From: Candidatus Latescibacterota bacterium
Lineage (GTDB): Bacteria > Latescibacterota > UBA2968 > GCA-2709665
Reading direction: 5' to 3'
Length of the DNA stretch: 64,000 bases
Assembly (NCBI GenBank): GCA_965208835.1
Contig: OZ242358.1
Span: 2,752,001-2,816,000 of the forward strand
The position numbers and the translations under genes are program-made. A model generated the notes under the pieces. The model was not told where the DNA came from, made no database searches, and was given only the letters and a program-made list of their open reading frames with translations. Shown here in pieces: positions 27,796 through 36,768 of the stretch (positions are counted from its first letter, which is position 1; each line of letters begins with the position of its first letter).

Positions 27796-30030
27796 CTAAC
27801 CACCCCATCCCAGAGCCATCGTGCCCTGATACGTCACCAGCGCCGCAACGTAGGCCAATAGCGTCATGTAGACAAAAGTGAGAATCGTCCATCTCCATGA
27901 CTGCGTTTCCCGGCGAATTACTGCCAGCGTCGACGCACACTGCGCGCACAGCGCGAAAAAGACCATCACCGAAAGCGCCACCGGGACATTGAACACGGGG
28001 CGTCCATCGCCCCATGTGGCGCTGCGAAGCGCGCTGCGCAGGTCTTCAGATGACTCGTCGGCATCGCCGCCGAGGCTGTAAATGGTACCGAGCGTGGCGA
28101 CGATAACCTCCCGTGCGGGAAAGGACGCGAGCGTGGCCATCCCGATGCGCCAATCCCAGCCCAGCGGCCTGACCGCAGGTTCTATCCAGTGTCCCGCCCG
28201 CCCCAGAAAACTCTCATTCAGGAGTTCCGCCGCCATCCGAGCGTCCAGGTCCGCAACGGCCACCTGCAAATCCTCGTCCGAAAGCGACGCCCGAGCCGCC
28301 TGCCGATGGCGCTCATATTTCGCAATGGTATCTTCCGATCTTGGGAAGTAGGCCAACGCCCACATGACAATGGTTGCGGCCAGGATGATACTTCCCGCGC
28401 GCACCAGAAACGCCCTGGAACTCTGATAAACCCTGAGGCCGACCGTCCGTTTGTCCGGGACCTTATATGACGGGAACTCCAGAATGAAAGGCGATGTCTC
28501 GCCCTTCAAAAGGGTCTTTCTCAGTACCCAGGCTACGGGAACCGCCACGGCCACACCCACGCAGTACATCGCAAAAAGGGTCAGCCCCTGCAGACCGACC
28601 CACTCTCCCAGAATCGATTTCGCCGGGATAAAGGCGCCTATCAGGATCGTGTAAACCGGTAATCGGGCCGAACAACTCATCAGCGGGGCCACCAGGATGG
28701 TTACCAGCCGGTTCCGCCGGCCTTCAATGGTACGGGTTGCCATGATTCCCGGTACGGCGCACGCGAAGCTGGACAACATCGGGATAAAGGACTGGCCGGA
28801 AAGACCGCATTTCGTGAGAACCCTGTCCATAAGAAGTGCCGCTCGCGCCATATACCCGCAGTCTTCGAGAATAGCGATGAAGAAAAAGAGAATTGCAATC
28901 TGCGGCAGGAAAATGACGACACCGCCTACGCCGGCAATAACGCCGTCCTGAACCAGGCTCTTCAGCGCCCCGTCGGGAAACCAGCCGCCTACCCAGCCGG
29001 ACAGCACGGCGAACAGATCGTCAACCCAATCCATCAACGGACCGGCCCAGGCATAGATAGCCTGGAAGACCACGCCCATAATAGCAACGAACAGGAGCGT
29101 GCCCCAGACCCTGTGCGTAAGCACCGCGTCGATGCGGTCCGAAGGTGTTTTCTGCAGGTTTTCCGGCTGCGATACGCATTGCGCAAGCACGCGCCTGATC
29201 CAGTTGTAGCGAACCTCGGATTCAAGCGCGGAGAGTCCCGATGCCGCGGGAAACCTCCCCCGTGCTTCCTCGAGTTTCCCCCGGAAGTCGTCACCACGCG
29301 TCTCAATCAGCCGGCGCTCCGCGTAACCACCTTCGTCGACAATCGCCCTCAACGCCTCAGAGCGACACACGGAGGCGTTTCTCGCATTCTGAGACTGCAA
29401 CGCCTCCGCGACGACATCGACCGCATCGGGAAACCCGTCGGGAAATTCCGGCAGCAGCGATGAACCCCTATACCGCCCGCCATGCGTCAGCCGTCTCAAT
29501 TCCCGGCGAAGGTCTGCCAGTCCCTGTCGTCGATTCGCACAAACCCTGACCACAGGAACCTCAAGATTCCGGGAGAGCGCTTCAATATCGATGCGTATGC
29601 CGCGTGCATCCGCGACGTCCGACATGTTCAGCGCAACCACCGCTGGCAGGCCGAGTTCGAGTACCTGTGAAACCAGGTAGAGGTTCCTGTATAAATTCGA
29701 TGCGTCGACAATTGCCAGTACCGCGTCTATTCTGCGTTCGCCGGGCAGCCGTCCAAGCAGTACGTCGGCGACGATCATCTCATCCGGGGCATGGGCGGCG
29801 AGGCTGTAGGTTCCCGGCAGGTCGACAAGCTCCGCGATCGTGTCTTCGGACAACCTCAGCCGCCCCACTTTTCGCTCAACGGTCACGCCGGGGTAATTTC
29901 CGACGTGCTGAAAAAGACCGGTAAGACCGTTAAAAAGCGTGGTCTTACCGGTATTGGGATTACCCACAAGAGCGATTGTAAAGCGCTGCTCTACTCCGGT
30001 GCGCGGTCCATCGGACAACTCCGTGGCCAT
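27796..30030 (-). CDS. feoB: Full-length ferrous iron transporter FeoB
   Basis: GNPNTGKT, GNYPGVTVE, DLPG, NMSD, LEDCGYMAR, SFACAVPG, PLMSCSARLPVY, FPAREV, CAQCAST. Confidence 0.95.
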   Translation of the reverse strand: MATELSDGPRTGVEQRFTIALVGNPNTGKTTLFNGLTGLFQHVGNYPGVTVERKVGRLRLSEDTIAELVDLPGTYSLAAHAPDEMIVADVLLGRLPGERRIDAVLAIVDASNLYRNLYLVSQVLELGLPAVVALNMSDVADARGIRIDIEALSRNLEVPVVRVCANRRQGLADLRRELRRLTHGGRYRGSSLLPEFPDGFPDAVDVVAEALQSQNARNASVCRSEALRAIVDEGGYAERRLIETRGDDFRGKLEEARGRFPAASGLSALESEVRYNWIRRVLAQCVSQPENLQKTPSDRIDAVLTHRVWGTLLFVAIMGVVFQAIYAWAGPLMDWVDDLFAVLSGWVGGWFPDGALKSLVQDGVIAGVGGVVIFLPQIAILFFFIAILEDCGYMARAALLMDRVLTKCGLSGQSFIPMLSSFACAVPGIMATRTIEGRRNRLVTILVAPLMSCSARLPVYTILIGAFIPAKSILGEWVGLQGLTLFAMYCVGVAVAVPVAWVLRKTLLKGETSPFILEFPSYKVPDKRTVGLRVYQSSRAFLVRAGSIILAATIVMWALAYFPRSEDTIAKYERHRQAARASLSDEDLQVAVADLDARMAAELLNESFLGRAGHWIEPAVRPLGWDWRIGMATLASFPAREVIVATLGTIYSLGGDADESSEDLRSALRSATWGDGRPVFNVPVALSVMVFFALCAQCASTLAVIRRETQSWRWTILTFVYMTLLAYVAALVTYQGTMALGWGG

Positions 30031-30040
30031 GCGTTGAACC

Positions 30041-30268
30041 TCAGGTGATCGGACTCAGTCTAACGGCAACGGCGTCGTGCATCCGCAAACAGAACCGGGC
30101 GTCTTCCACCTGCACGACCAACCGTCCGCCGGCACGCAGCAATCGAACCCTGACACCCGGTCCAACTCCCAATTCCCGCAGCCGGGAGGCCAGGGGGGTA
30201 TTCCCTTCCACCGATTCCACCGTGCCTTCGTCACCGACATCGAGTCCGGCCAGCGATCCCCGGAACAT
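30041..30268 (-). CDS. feoA: FeoA family protein
   Basis: LAGLDVGDEGTV...RLRELGVGPG; 10 bp upstream of feoB. Confidence 0.85.
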   Translation of the reverse strand: MFRGSLAGLDVGDEGTVESVEGNTPLASRLRELGVGPGVRVRLLRAGGRLVVQVEDARFCLRMHDAVAVRLSPIT

Positions 30269-30370
30269 GCTCCGGGACCGGTTCTTCCGTTCATTCGAAG
30301 GCCAGACCCCACGAGCGGCCAGTTGCATGAGGCGCGCCACCATTTTGTCATCCTTTTTTTCGTCGCGAGA

Positions 30371-30901
30371 TTAACCAGCGTCACCGATTCTGAGGAGGCA
30401 CTCGTCTTCGCAGATCGGACAATCGGCCTCGTCGTGACAGAAGTCGCCGGTCTGCCAGAACGCGTTCAGAAACTCCCGCGCCTCCGGCGTATCGGCCAGC
30501 AGGAATCTCACGAAATTCAGCAACTTCTCGCTGGTTTCCTCGCTCAACAGGTGTTCCACCTTGCACGCGTCCACTTCCGACTGGTGGCCTTCCACGTGCA
30601 GCACATCCTTAAGGAATTTGCGAACGATGGCGCGCTTGGCGAGTACCAGATCCACCAATCGCTCACCTCGCTCGGAAAGCCGCAGGAACTTGTTCTGATC
30701 TTCCAGAACGAACTGCTTCTGTCGAAGTGCCTTTAAAGTCAGCGACGCGCTGCCTCGCGTAATATCCAGATATCTTGCGACATCCGACACGCGGGCGTAT
30801 CCGTACTGATCCTTGAGCTCTCTAATGGCGAGAAGGTGATGTGCGACGCTGTGCGTGATTTCATTCTCCTCGAATGCTTTCCACACATCGGAAGATGCCA
30901 C
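30371..30901 (-). CDS. DtxR-family regulator with C-terminal four-Cys cluster
   Basis: HTH ARVSDVARYLDITRGSASLTL, FLKDVL, DACKVEHLLS, tail CHDEADCPICEDEC; GTG with AAAGGGGG upstream. Confidence 0.82.
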   Translation of the reverse strand: MASSDVWKAFEENEITHSVAHHLLAIRELKDQYGYARVSDVARYLDITRGSASLTLKALRQKQFVLEDQNKFLRLSERGERLVDLVLAKRAIVRKFLKDVLHVEGHQSEVDACKVEHLLSEETSEKLLNFVRFLLADTPEAREFLNAFWQTGDFCHDEADCPICEDECLLRIGDAG

Positions 30902-30940
30902 GGGTCCCCCTTTCCGCCGTCGGGCTTCTGAACCAGTCAA

Positions 30941-30998
30941 ATGTTTTACCAATAAAACATACGTTATAAATTTAGTCAACAGACGGTTACCGTGTCAA
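30941..30998 (-). promoter_or_regulatory. Promoter and palindromic operator of the dtxR-feoA-feoB operon
   Basis: Perfect palindrome ATGTTTTA-CCAA-TAAAACAT (30941-30960); minus-strand TTGACA (30998-30993), 18 bp, TAAATT (30974-30969). Confidence 0.6.
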
Positions 30999-31037
30999 GC
31001 GAAATCTATCGGCAATCCGGTATCGGCGGCGTCGCGC

Positions 31038-31066
31038 TTGACATTTGACGCCCAATTTCGTATACC
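31038..31066 (+). promoter_or_regulatory. Sigma70-type promoter for the UxaA-family gene
   Basis: TTGACA, 17 bp, TATACC. Confidence 0.55.
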
Positions 31067-31122
31067 TCCCGGAACCGCACGGTCAACATAGGAATTCGTG
31101 ACACGCTTCAAGGAGTCTGTCA

Positions 31123-33825
31123 ATGTCGGAAATATGCGACTTTGAGGATGTGGCCAGACTGCCGAGACCGGGTGACAACGTCGCAATAGTGACGCGGAAT
31201 CTGGAGGCGGGCGCCCGTATCCGCGCTGGTGGGCCGGTCCTTCGTCTGGATACCACCATGCTCGAGGGTCACCGGTTTGCCGTGGCGCCCATTCCCGCTG
31301 GCGAGTCCCTTCTTTCCTGGAATCTTCCGTTCGGTGTCGCACTAACGGACATCCTACCGGGCGACTATGTCTGCAACGCCGGCATGCTGGAAGCGCTCGG
31401 CCTCCGCAACCTGGATTTTCGTCTGCCGGCCAAACCCAATTTCAAAGACCACATCGAATCCTACCGCCTGAATGAGGATTCGTTCCAACCTGGCGATCAG
31501 GTCCCTCCGGTCGAGGGAATGCGTACGTTCGAGGGATTCGTCCGAAGCGCCGCAAGGGGGGTTGGCACCCGAAACTATGTTCTGATCCTGGGTACGACCT
31601 CACGGACCGGGAGTTTCGCAAAACGGTTGGCGCAGCGAATGGGCGGGATCGTCAATGCTTATCCCAACATCGACGGGATCGTCGCGGTTGCGCACACCGA
31701 AGGAGGCGGGCGGACCACTCCGAACAACCAGGACCTTCTGCTGAGAACGCTTTCGGGCTTCATATTGCACCCGAACGTGGGTGCCGTCCTTGCGGTCGAC
31801 TACGGTACGGAGCCGCTCACCAATGCCATGCTTCGGGTTTATATGGAAAGGAACAACACCGACCCGTCCGACGTCCCCCACCGCTTTTTTTCCCTGAAGG
31901 GCGGCTTTGAAGAAAATCTCGATAATGCCCAGGCCGTTGTAACTGGATGGTTGAAGGATGTAAACCGGACAGCTCGAAAACCGACTTCCGTGTCGGGCCT
32001 CAAGATCGCGCTTCAATGCGGCGGATCGGACGCCTTTTCCGGCGTATCGGGAAACCCGCTGGCGTCATGGGTCACCCGAGAGATCATCCGGTACGGAGGC
32101 TCGGCAAACCTCGCGGAAACGGACGAACTGATCGGCGCGGAACCCTACGTGCTGCAGAACGTCAAGGATCTCAATACGGCCCGCCGCTTTCTGGAGCGCG
32201 TGGAAGCCTACAAGAATCTCGCGGCGTGGCACGGTGCGACCGCCGAAGGCAATCCTTCAGGGGGCAACAAGTTCAGGGGCATCTATAACATCGTGCTGAA
32301 ATCCATCGGTGCCGCCATGAAGCGCCATCCGGAGATTCGACTCGACGGCGTCCTGGACTACGGCGAGCCCATGCACGAACCCGGGTTTCACTTCATGGAC
32401 AGTCCCGGGAATGACCTTGAAAGCATTGCGGGACAGGTTGCATCGGGATGCAACCTCATCTTTTTTATAACAGGAAACGGCTCCATCACCAATTTTCCCT
32501 TCGTCCCCACCCTGAAAGTCATTACGACGACGAACCGTTTCGAACTCCTGGACAACGAAATGGACGTCAACGCGGGCGCCTATCTCGACGGAACCTCACT
32601 GGACACGCTGGGAATGCGGATGACGGATCTCACGCTTGACGTCGCGTCGGGCACAAGGAGCAAAGGCGAACGTGCGGGACACTCGCAGGTATCCATCTGG
32701 CGGAACTGGCGACAGACCGACCCGGATAACGTCGAAGGTCTCCGAGCGCTCCCGCAGCCGTCCGGGAAGCCCATAACCGCCGGCGCAGGCCAGGACGCGC
32801 TGCGTGGCGAATTCCGCGGCATCGTCACGGAGAAGGGCATCGCCACGGACCAGGTCGGTCTGATCCTTCCGACCAGCCTTTGCTCGGGCCAGATCGCCAG
32901 GATGGCCGCAGACCGCCTCGAGCAGAAAGAGATTGGAAAAGACCGGGGTATCTCACGGTACGTTGCGCTCGTTCACACGGAGGGCTGCGGCGTGGCGGGC
33001 GATGCGACCGAGAAGATGTTTTCTCAGACGATGCTCGGCTATCTCAACCATCCCCTCGTCAGGCACGCGGTGCTGCTGGAACACGGATGCGAAAAAACCC
33101 ACAACGACTATCTTCGACACGAACTCGAACGCAATGGCATCGACCCCGCTCGCTTCGGGTGGTATAGCATACAGCTCGACGGAGGGCTCGAATCCACGTT
33201 TCGCAACGTGGAATCCTGGTTTGCGGGGAAAGTGGATAGAGATCGTCCGCCAGTATACAGACAATCGGATCCGTCGGCATTATCGGTGGGGATCCTGTCC
33301 GAGGGCAGGGTTGACGACGCTGCCTCGGCGATGTTTGCGACGCTCGTATGCCGGTTGGTGGGAGCGGGCGCGAGGGTCGTTGCGCCCGACAACTCCGCAC
33401 TGCTCTCGTCGGCTCCGTTTTCGGATGCGGTGCTGAAAAACACATCCCGGAGTCCCTCTCTCGGGTACGGCCAGACGGCGCAGCTCCCGGGCTTCCACAT
33501 TATGGAAACGCAGACGGACCATTGGGTCGAGACGCTTACCGGCCTTGGCGGTACGGGCGCGCAAATCCTGATCGCGCACGTGGCCGAACACCCGATGCAG
33601 GGGCACCCGATGCTGCCGGTGCTGCAGACCAGTACGGAGCCGTCGGTGTGCGGGGTTTATGCGAGCGATCTGGACCTTGCACTCTCCGGCACGCCGGCGA
33701 AAGACGCCGAACGGATCGCCGGGTTATTGCTCGAAACTGCCTCGCGAAACTACATAACGGTAACGATGAGACAGAAAAACACGGATTTTCAGTTTACTCG
33801 AGGGCTGCTCGGCGTCTCGATGTGA
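31123..33825 (+). CDS. UxaA/GarD family sugar-acid dehydratase with SAF domain and internal duplication (900 aa)
   Basis: GDNVAI/GHRFA (SAF), GVGTRNY, HPNVGAVL, LQCGGSD, NPSGGN, MDSPGND, TGNGS; second copy PTSLCS...HTEGCG...HPLV...GCE. Confidence 0.85.
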   Translation: MSEICDFEDVARLPRPGDNVAIVTRNLEAGARIRAGGPVLRLDTTMLEGHRFAVAPIPAGESLLSWNLPFGVALTDILPGDYVCNAGMLEALGLRNLDFRLPAKPNFKDHIESYRLNEDSFQPGDQVPPVEGMRTFEGFVRSAARGVGTRNYVLILGTTSRTGSFAKRLAQRMGGIVNAYPNIDGIVAVAHTEGGGRTTPNNQDLLLRTLSGFILHPNVGAVLAVDYGTEPLTNAMLRVYMERNNTDPSDVPHRFFSLKGGFEENLDNAQAVVTGWLKDVNRTARKPTSVSGLKIALQCGGSDAFSGVSGNPLASWVTREIIRYGGSANLAETDELIGAEPYVLQNVKDLNTARRFLERVEAYKNLAAWHGATAEGNPSGGNKFRGIYNIVLKSIGAAMKRHPEIRLDGVLDYGEPMHEPGFHFMDSPGNDLESIAGQVASGCNLIFFITGNGSITNFPFVPTLKVITTTNRFELLDNEMDVNAGAYLDGTSLDTLGMRMTDLTLDVASGTRSKGERAGHSQVSIWRNWRQTDPDNVEGLRALPQPSGKPITAGAGQDALRGEFRGIVTEKGIATDQVGLILPTSLCSGQIARMAADRLEQKEIGKDRGISRYVALVHTEGCGVAGDATEKMFSQTMLGYLNHPLVRHAVLLEHGCEKTHNDYLRHELERNGIDPARFGWYSIQLDGGLESTFRNVESWFAGKVDRDRPPVYRQSDPSALSVGILSEGRVDDAASAMFATLVCRLVGAGARVVAPDNSALLSSAPFSDAVLKNTSRSPSLGYGQTAQLPGFHIMETQTDHWVETLTGLGGTGAQILIAHVAEHPMQGHPMLPVLQTSTEPSVCGVYASDLDLALSGTPAKDAERIAGLLLETASRNYITVTMRQKNTDFQFTRGLLGVSM

Positions 33826-33838
33826 CCGTTGCGAAACG

Positions 33839-33873
33839 GGCGGCACGCGATACGTGTGCCGCCGGTCTTTTTG
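33839..33873 (+). terminator. Intrinsic terminator after the UxaA-family gene
   Basis: GGCGGCACGCG-ATA-CGTGTGCCGCC followed by GGTCTTTTT. Confidence 0.65.
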
Positions 33874-33894
33874 CTTTGCTCGTTCGTCGGTCTG

Positions 33895-34182
33895 TTATTT
33901 ATCGTCAATCCAGCCCTGTAGCGCCGCCGCGATCTTTCTTCCCTGTTGGAGACTCGAAATATTGAACTTGCTTCGCGGTATATATGTCCCGTCTCGCTTT
34001 TGAAATCGGCGAATCGTCACTTTCTCAGGCCCATATTCACCGGATTGCCGGTTCAGATCCTGGTACAGGAACATTACGGTTGCCCACGCCCCGCGTGAAA
34101 GCACCTGCCTGTCCAGTTCCTTGCAGAGCAGTACACCGTTTTCTTCATAGTTGACGCTCAATTCATCCACGGATTCCGCCAT
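33895..34182 (-). CDS. Small hypothetical protein (95 aa)
   Basis: AAAAGGAGG upstream; protein-like composition (GAWATVMFLYQD...IRRFQKRDG...SKFNISS). Confidence 0.7.
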   Translation of the reverse strand: MAESVDELSVNYEENGVLLCKELDRQVLSRGAWATVMFLYQDLNRQSGEYGPEKVTIRRFQKRDGTYIPRSKFNISSLQQGRKIAAALQGWIDDK

Positions 34183-34307
34183 CGGTTCGCCTCCTTTTCG
34201 CGACGTCAGTTTGCACCGGTTGGCGTTCGGCCCACACCGACCACCGGGACGGGGCTGGGCGACCCGTCCATCAGGCGTTGACAGTTTTTTCGAAGAGGAC
34301 TCCGCCC

Positions 34308-35171
34308 ATGAGACTCGGCATTGTCGGCATGCTGCCCGGCGACCTCCGGAATTTTACCGGGAACCACTTTGAAGCGATTCGTGAAGGGGGATTCACGGGG
34401 GCCGGCTTTCACCTGCCCGGCGAACTGTTGGATGAAATCTCCGGCGACGACACGGCAAGGTGCAGGCGGCTGTTCACGGAATATGAAATCGATTTCGCGC
34501 AATTCGCCATCACGTATGGTGATTGTCTCTTCGATCCGGACCCGGTGGCACGCTCGCGAGCCGTCTCGAAGGTGATCGGGGGCACCGCGCTCGCTGCGCG
34601 CCTCGGCGCCGACTGCTACCTGATCAGGCCGGGAAGCCTCAACCCCGCCGGCCCATGGACACCCCACCGTGCCAACCACACGCCTGAAGCACACGCGCTG
34701 CTGATCCGTACGCTGCGCGAAATCGCACGCCGGACTGCGGCACTGAACATCGTTACGGTCGTGGAGACCCACGTCGTTTCGATACTCAACACCCCGTCGG
34801 TCTGCCGCCGTCTCATCAAGTCGGTCAACTGCGCGAACATAAGGCTGGTGATGGACTACGTCAATCACTTCGAATCGATCGACCAGGTCTACTCTGACAC
34901 CGAACGCCTGAACCACATCTTCAAGACGATCGGACCACTGGCGCCCGTCTGTCACGTCAAGGACATTACCGTCGGCAATCGTCTGGTAGTCCATCTGGAA
35001 GAGACGGTTCCGGGCCTCGGCGAACTGAATCTGGCCCTTGCGCTCGGGCTTTTCCAAACGCATCATCCCGAGGGTTACGCGCTGATCGAACACCTCGGTC
35101 CGAATCTGATTCCGCTCGCCGCCACCAACGTTCGGGAAATTTCGAAGCGCGCAGGCATTCCGATTTACTGA
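34308..35171 (+). CDS. Sugar phosphate isomerase/epimerase (xylose isomerase-like TIM barrel)
   Basis: VETH, LVMDYVN, CHVKD, PGLGELN, LIEH metal-binding pattern. Confidence 0.82.
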   Translation: MRLGIVGMLPGDLRNFTGNHFEAIREGGFTGAGFHLPGELLDEISGDDTARCRRLFTEYEIDFAQFAITYGDCLFDPDPVARSRAVSKVIGGTALAARLGADCYLIRPGSLNPAGPWTPHRANHTPEAHALLIRTLREIARRTAALNIVTVVETHVVSILNTPSVCRRLIKSVNCANIRLVMDYVNHFESIDQVYSDTERLNHIFKTIGPLAPVCHVKDITVGNRLVVHLEETVPGLGELNLALALGLFQTHHPEGYALIEHLGPNLIPLAATNVREISKRAGIPIY

Positions 35172-35246
35172 ACCCTGACGTCTCGCCTGTAATCGGGTAC
35201 ATCGCGGTCGATGTCGTTCACGAGCATCAGGGCGGGTACACCGGTG

Positions 35247-35459
35247 TTAATCCTTTCGCCTGAACTTCAACCGCCGGATGCAAGCGCCCACGGCAAGCCC
35301 GATACTGGCGCCGATCGACACGCCCGCACTCACCCACAGTCCAAAGTCGCCGCTGCCAACGCCAAAGACGGAGCCCGCGCCGGCACCGACGCCCGAACCG
35401 ACCGCCATCCACTTTCCGATCTCACGTTGTCCATTTCCGGCGTCCCCATTCCCGGCCAT
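35247..35459 (-). CDS. Small glycine-zipper membrane protein
   Basis: GSGVGAGAGSVFG...GVSIGASIGLAVG followed by a basic tail. Confidence 0.55.
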   Translation of the reverse strand: MAGNGDAGNGQREIGKWMAVGSGVGAGAGSVFGVGSGDFGLWVSAGVSIGASIGLAVGACIRRLKFRRKD

Positions 35460-35757
35460 GGCGAATCCTTTCACGAGACCGCATCGCCTGCAGACACGCG
35501 AAATATACCGGGCGGGACCGACGCGGACAAGCCGAAACCGACTCCGGCAACGAATCGATAATTCCTTTGGCAACGCCTGCGAAGGGGTTGCAGTCATGGA
35601 CGTGAGTTCCGACTCCTGAACGAAGCGGGATTTCGTTGCCGGGCGTTTCTCCGGCTTCCTCTCGCGACGAAATGCAGAATGCGCCGTCAACGTCCGACAA
35701 CCTTCCGCCTTCGACGAATCGAGCAGTGGACGGAAGCTTGCCCGAAAGGAGCGACGA

Positions 35758-36615
35758 ATGCAACCCGAACTGATCGCGGACTACCACTGTGAGACCGGGG
35801 AAGGACCGCTCTGGCACCCGACGGAAAAAAGGGTCTACTGGACCGATATTCCCGCGGGCCGCGTATTCCGCTACGACCCGGCCACGGGTACCCACGAAAT
35901 CTGTTACACGGGAGACGTCGTGGGCGGATTTACGTTGCAGGCCGACGGATCTCTGCTGTTCTTCATGGAACGGGGTGCGGTCAAGGTCTGGCGCGACGGC
36001 GAACTCACCACGGTGATCAACGAAATCCCCGATGAGCGCGAGACCCGGTTCAACGACGTGATTGCGGATCCCGAGGGCCGCGTTTTTTGTGGCACCATGC
36101 CCACGTCGAGGCGGCCGGGAAGGCTCTATCGACTGGACACGGACGGCACGCTTCACCTGGCCCTGGAAGACGTCGGAATTTCCAACGGTATGGGATTCAC
36201 CGCAGACCGCAGAACCATGTATTTTACGGACACGCCCTCCCTGAACATCTACAGGTTCGATTACGATCGACACACCGGAGACATTGCGAATCGAGGGGTA
36301 TTTGCACGGGCTGCGGAAAACGACGGAATGCCGGACGGCATGACCGTGGACGCCCTCGGGTACATCTGGTCCGCCAGATGGGACGGCCGCTGCCTCGTAC
36401 GCTACACACCCGACGGCGTCGAAGAAAGGCGCATCCCGTTTCCGGTCAGGAAGGTATCCAGCCTTACCTTCGGCGGCGAGGACTACACGGACATCTACGT
36501 CACGACCGCAGGCGGAAATATCAAACACGAAGACGGCGAACACGCGGGGGCGCTGTTCCGCCTGAACCTGGGCATCCGCGGCGTTGAAGAGTTCTATTCG
36601 CGGATCTGGTTGTAG
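35758..36615 (+). CDS. SMP-30/gluconolactonase/LRE family lactonase
   Basis: GEGPLW, YWTDI, RFND, SNGMGF, PDGMTVD, SLTFGG. Confidence 0.92.
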   Translation: MQPELIADYHCETGEGPLWHPTEKRVYWTDIPAGRVFRYDPATGTHEICYTGDVVGGFTLQADGSLLFFMERGAVKVWRDGELTTVINEIPDERETRFNDVIADPEGRVFCGTMPTSRRPGRLYRLDTDGTLHLALEDVGISNGMGFTADRRTMYFTDTPSLNIYRFDYDRHTGDIANRGVFARAAENDGMPDGMTVDALGYIWSARWDGRCLVRYTPDGVEERRIPFPVRKVSSLTFGGEDYTDIYVTTAGGNIKHEDGEHAGALFRLNLGIRGVEEFYSRIWL

Positions 36616-36675
36616 AGCTTGTGACAGCCGCGCGCATCACGCAGGGACGACGCCTGTGTCACCCCTTATTCAACG

Positions 36676-36711
36676 AAAAAGCCTGATATGCAACGACATA
36701 TCAGGCTTTGT
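36676..36711. terminator. Bidirectional terminator
   Basis: AAAAA-GCCTGATATG-CAACGA-CATATCAGGC-TTTGT between convergent genes. Confidence 0.7.
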
Positions 36712-36768
36712 TCATTCAATTATCAAAGGTTATCCAGAAACGGAAATCCGACGTGGAGGCTTACGGCC

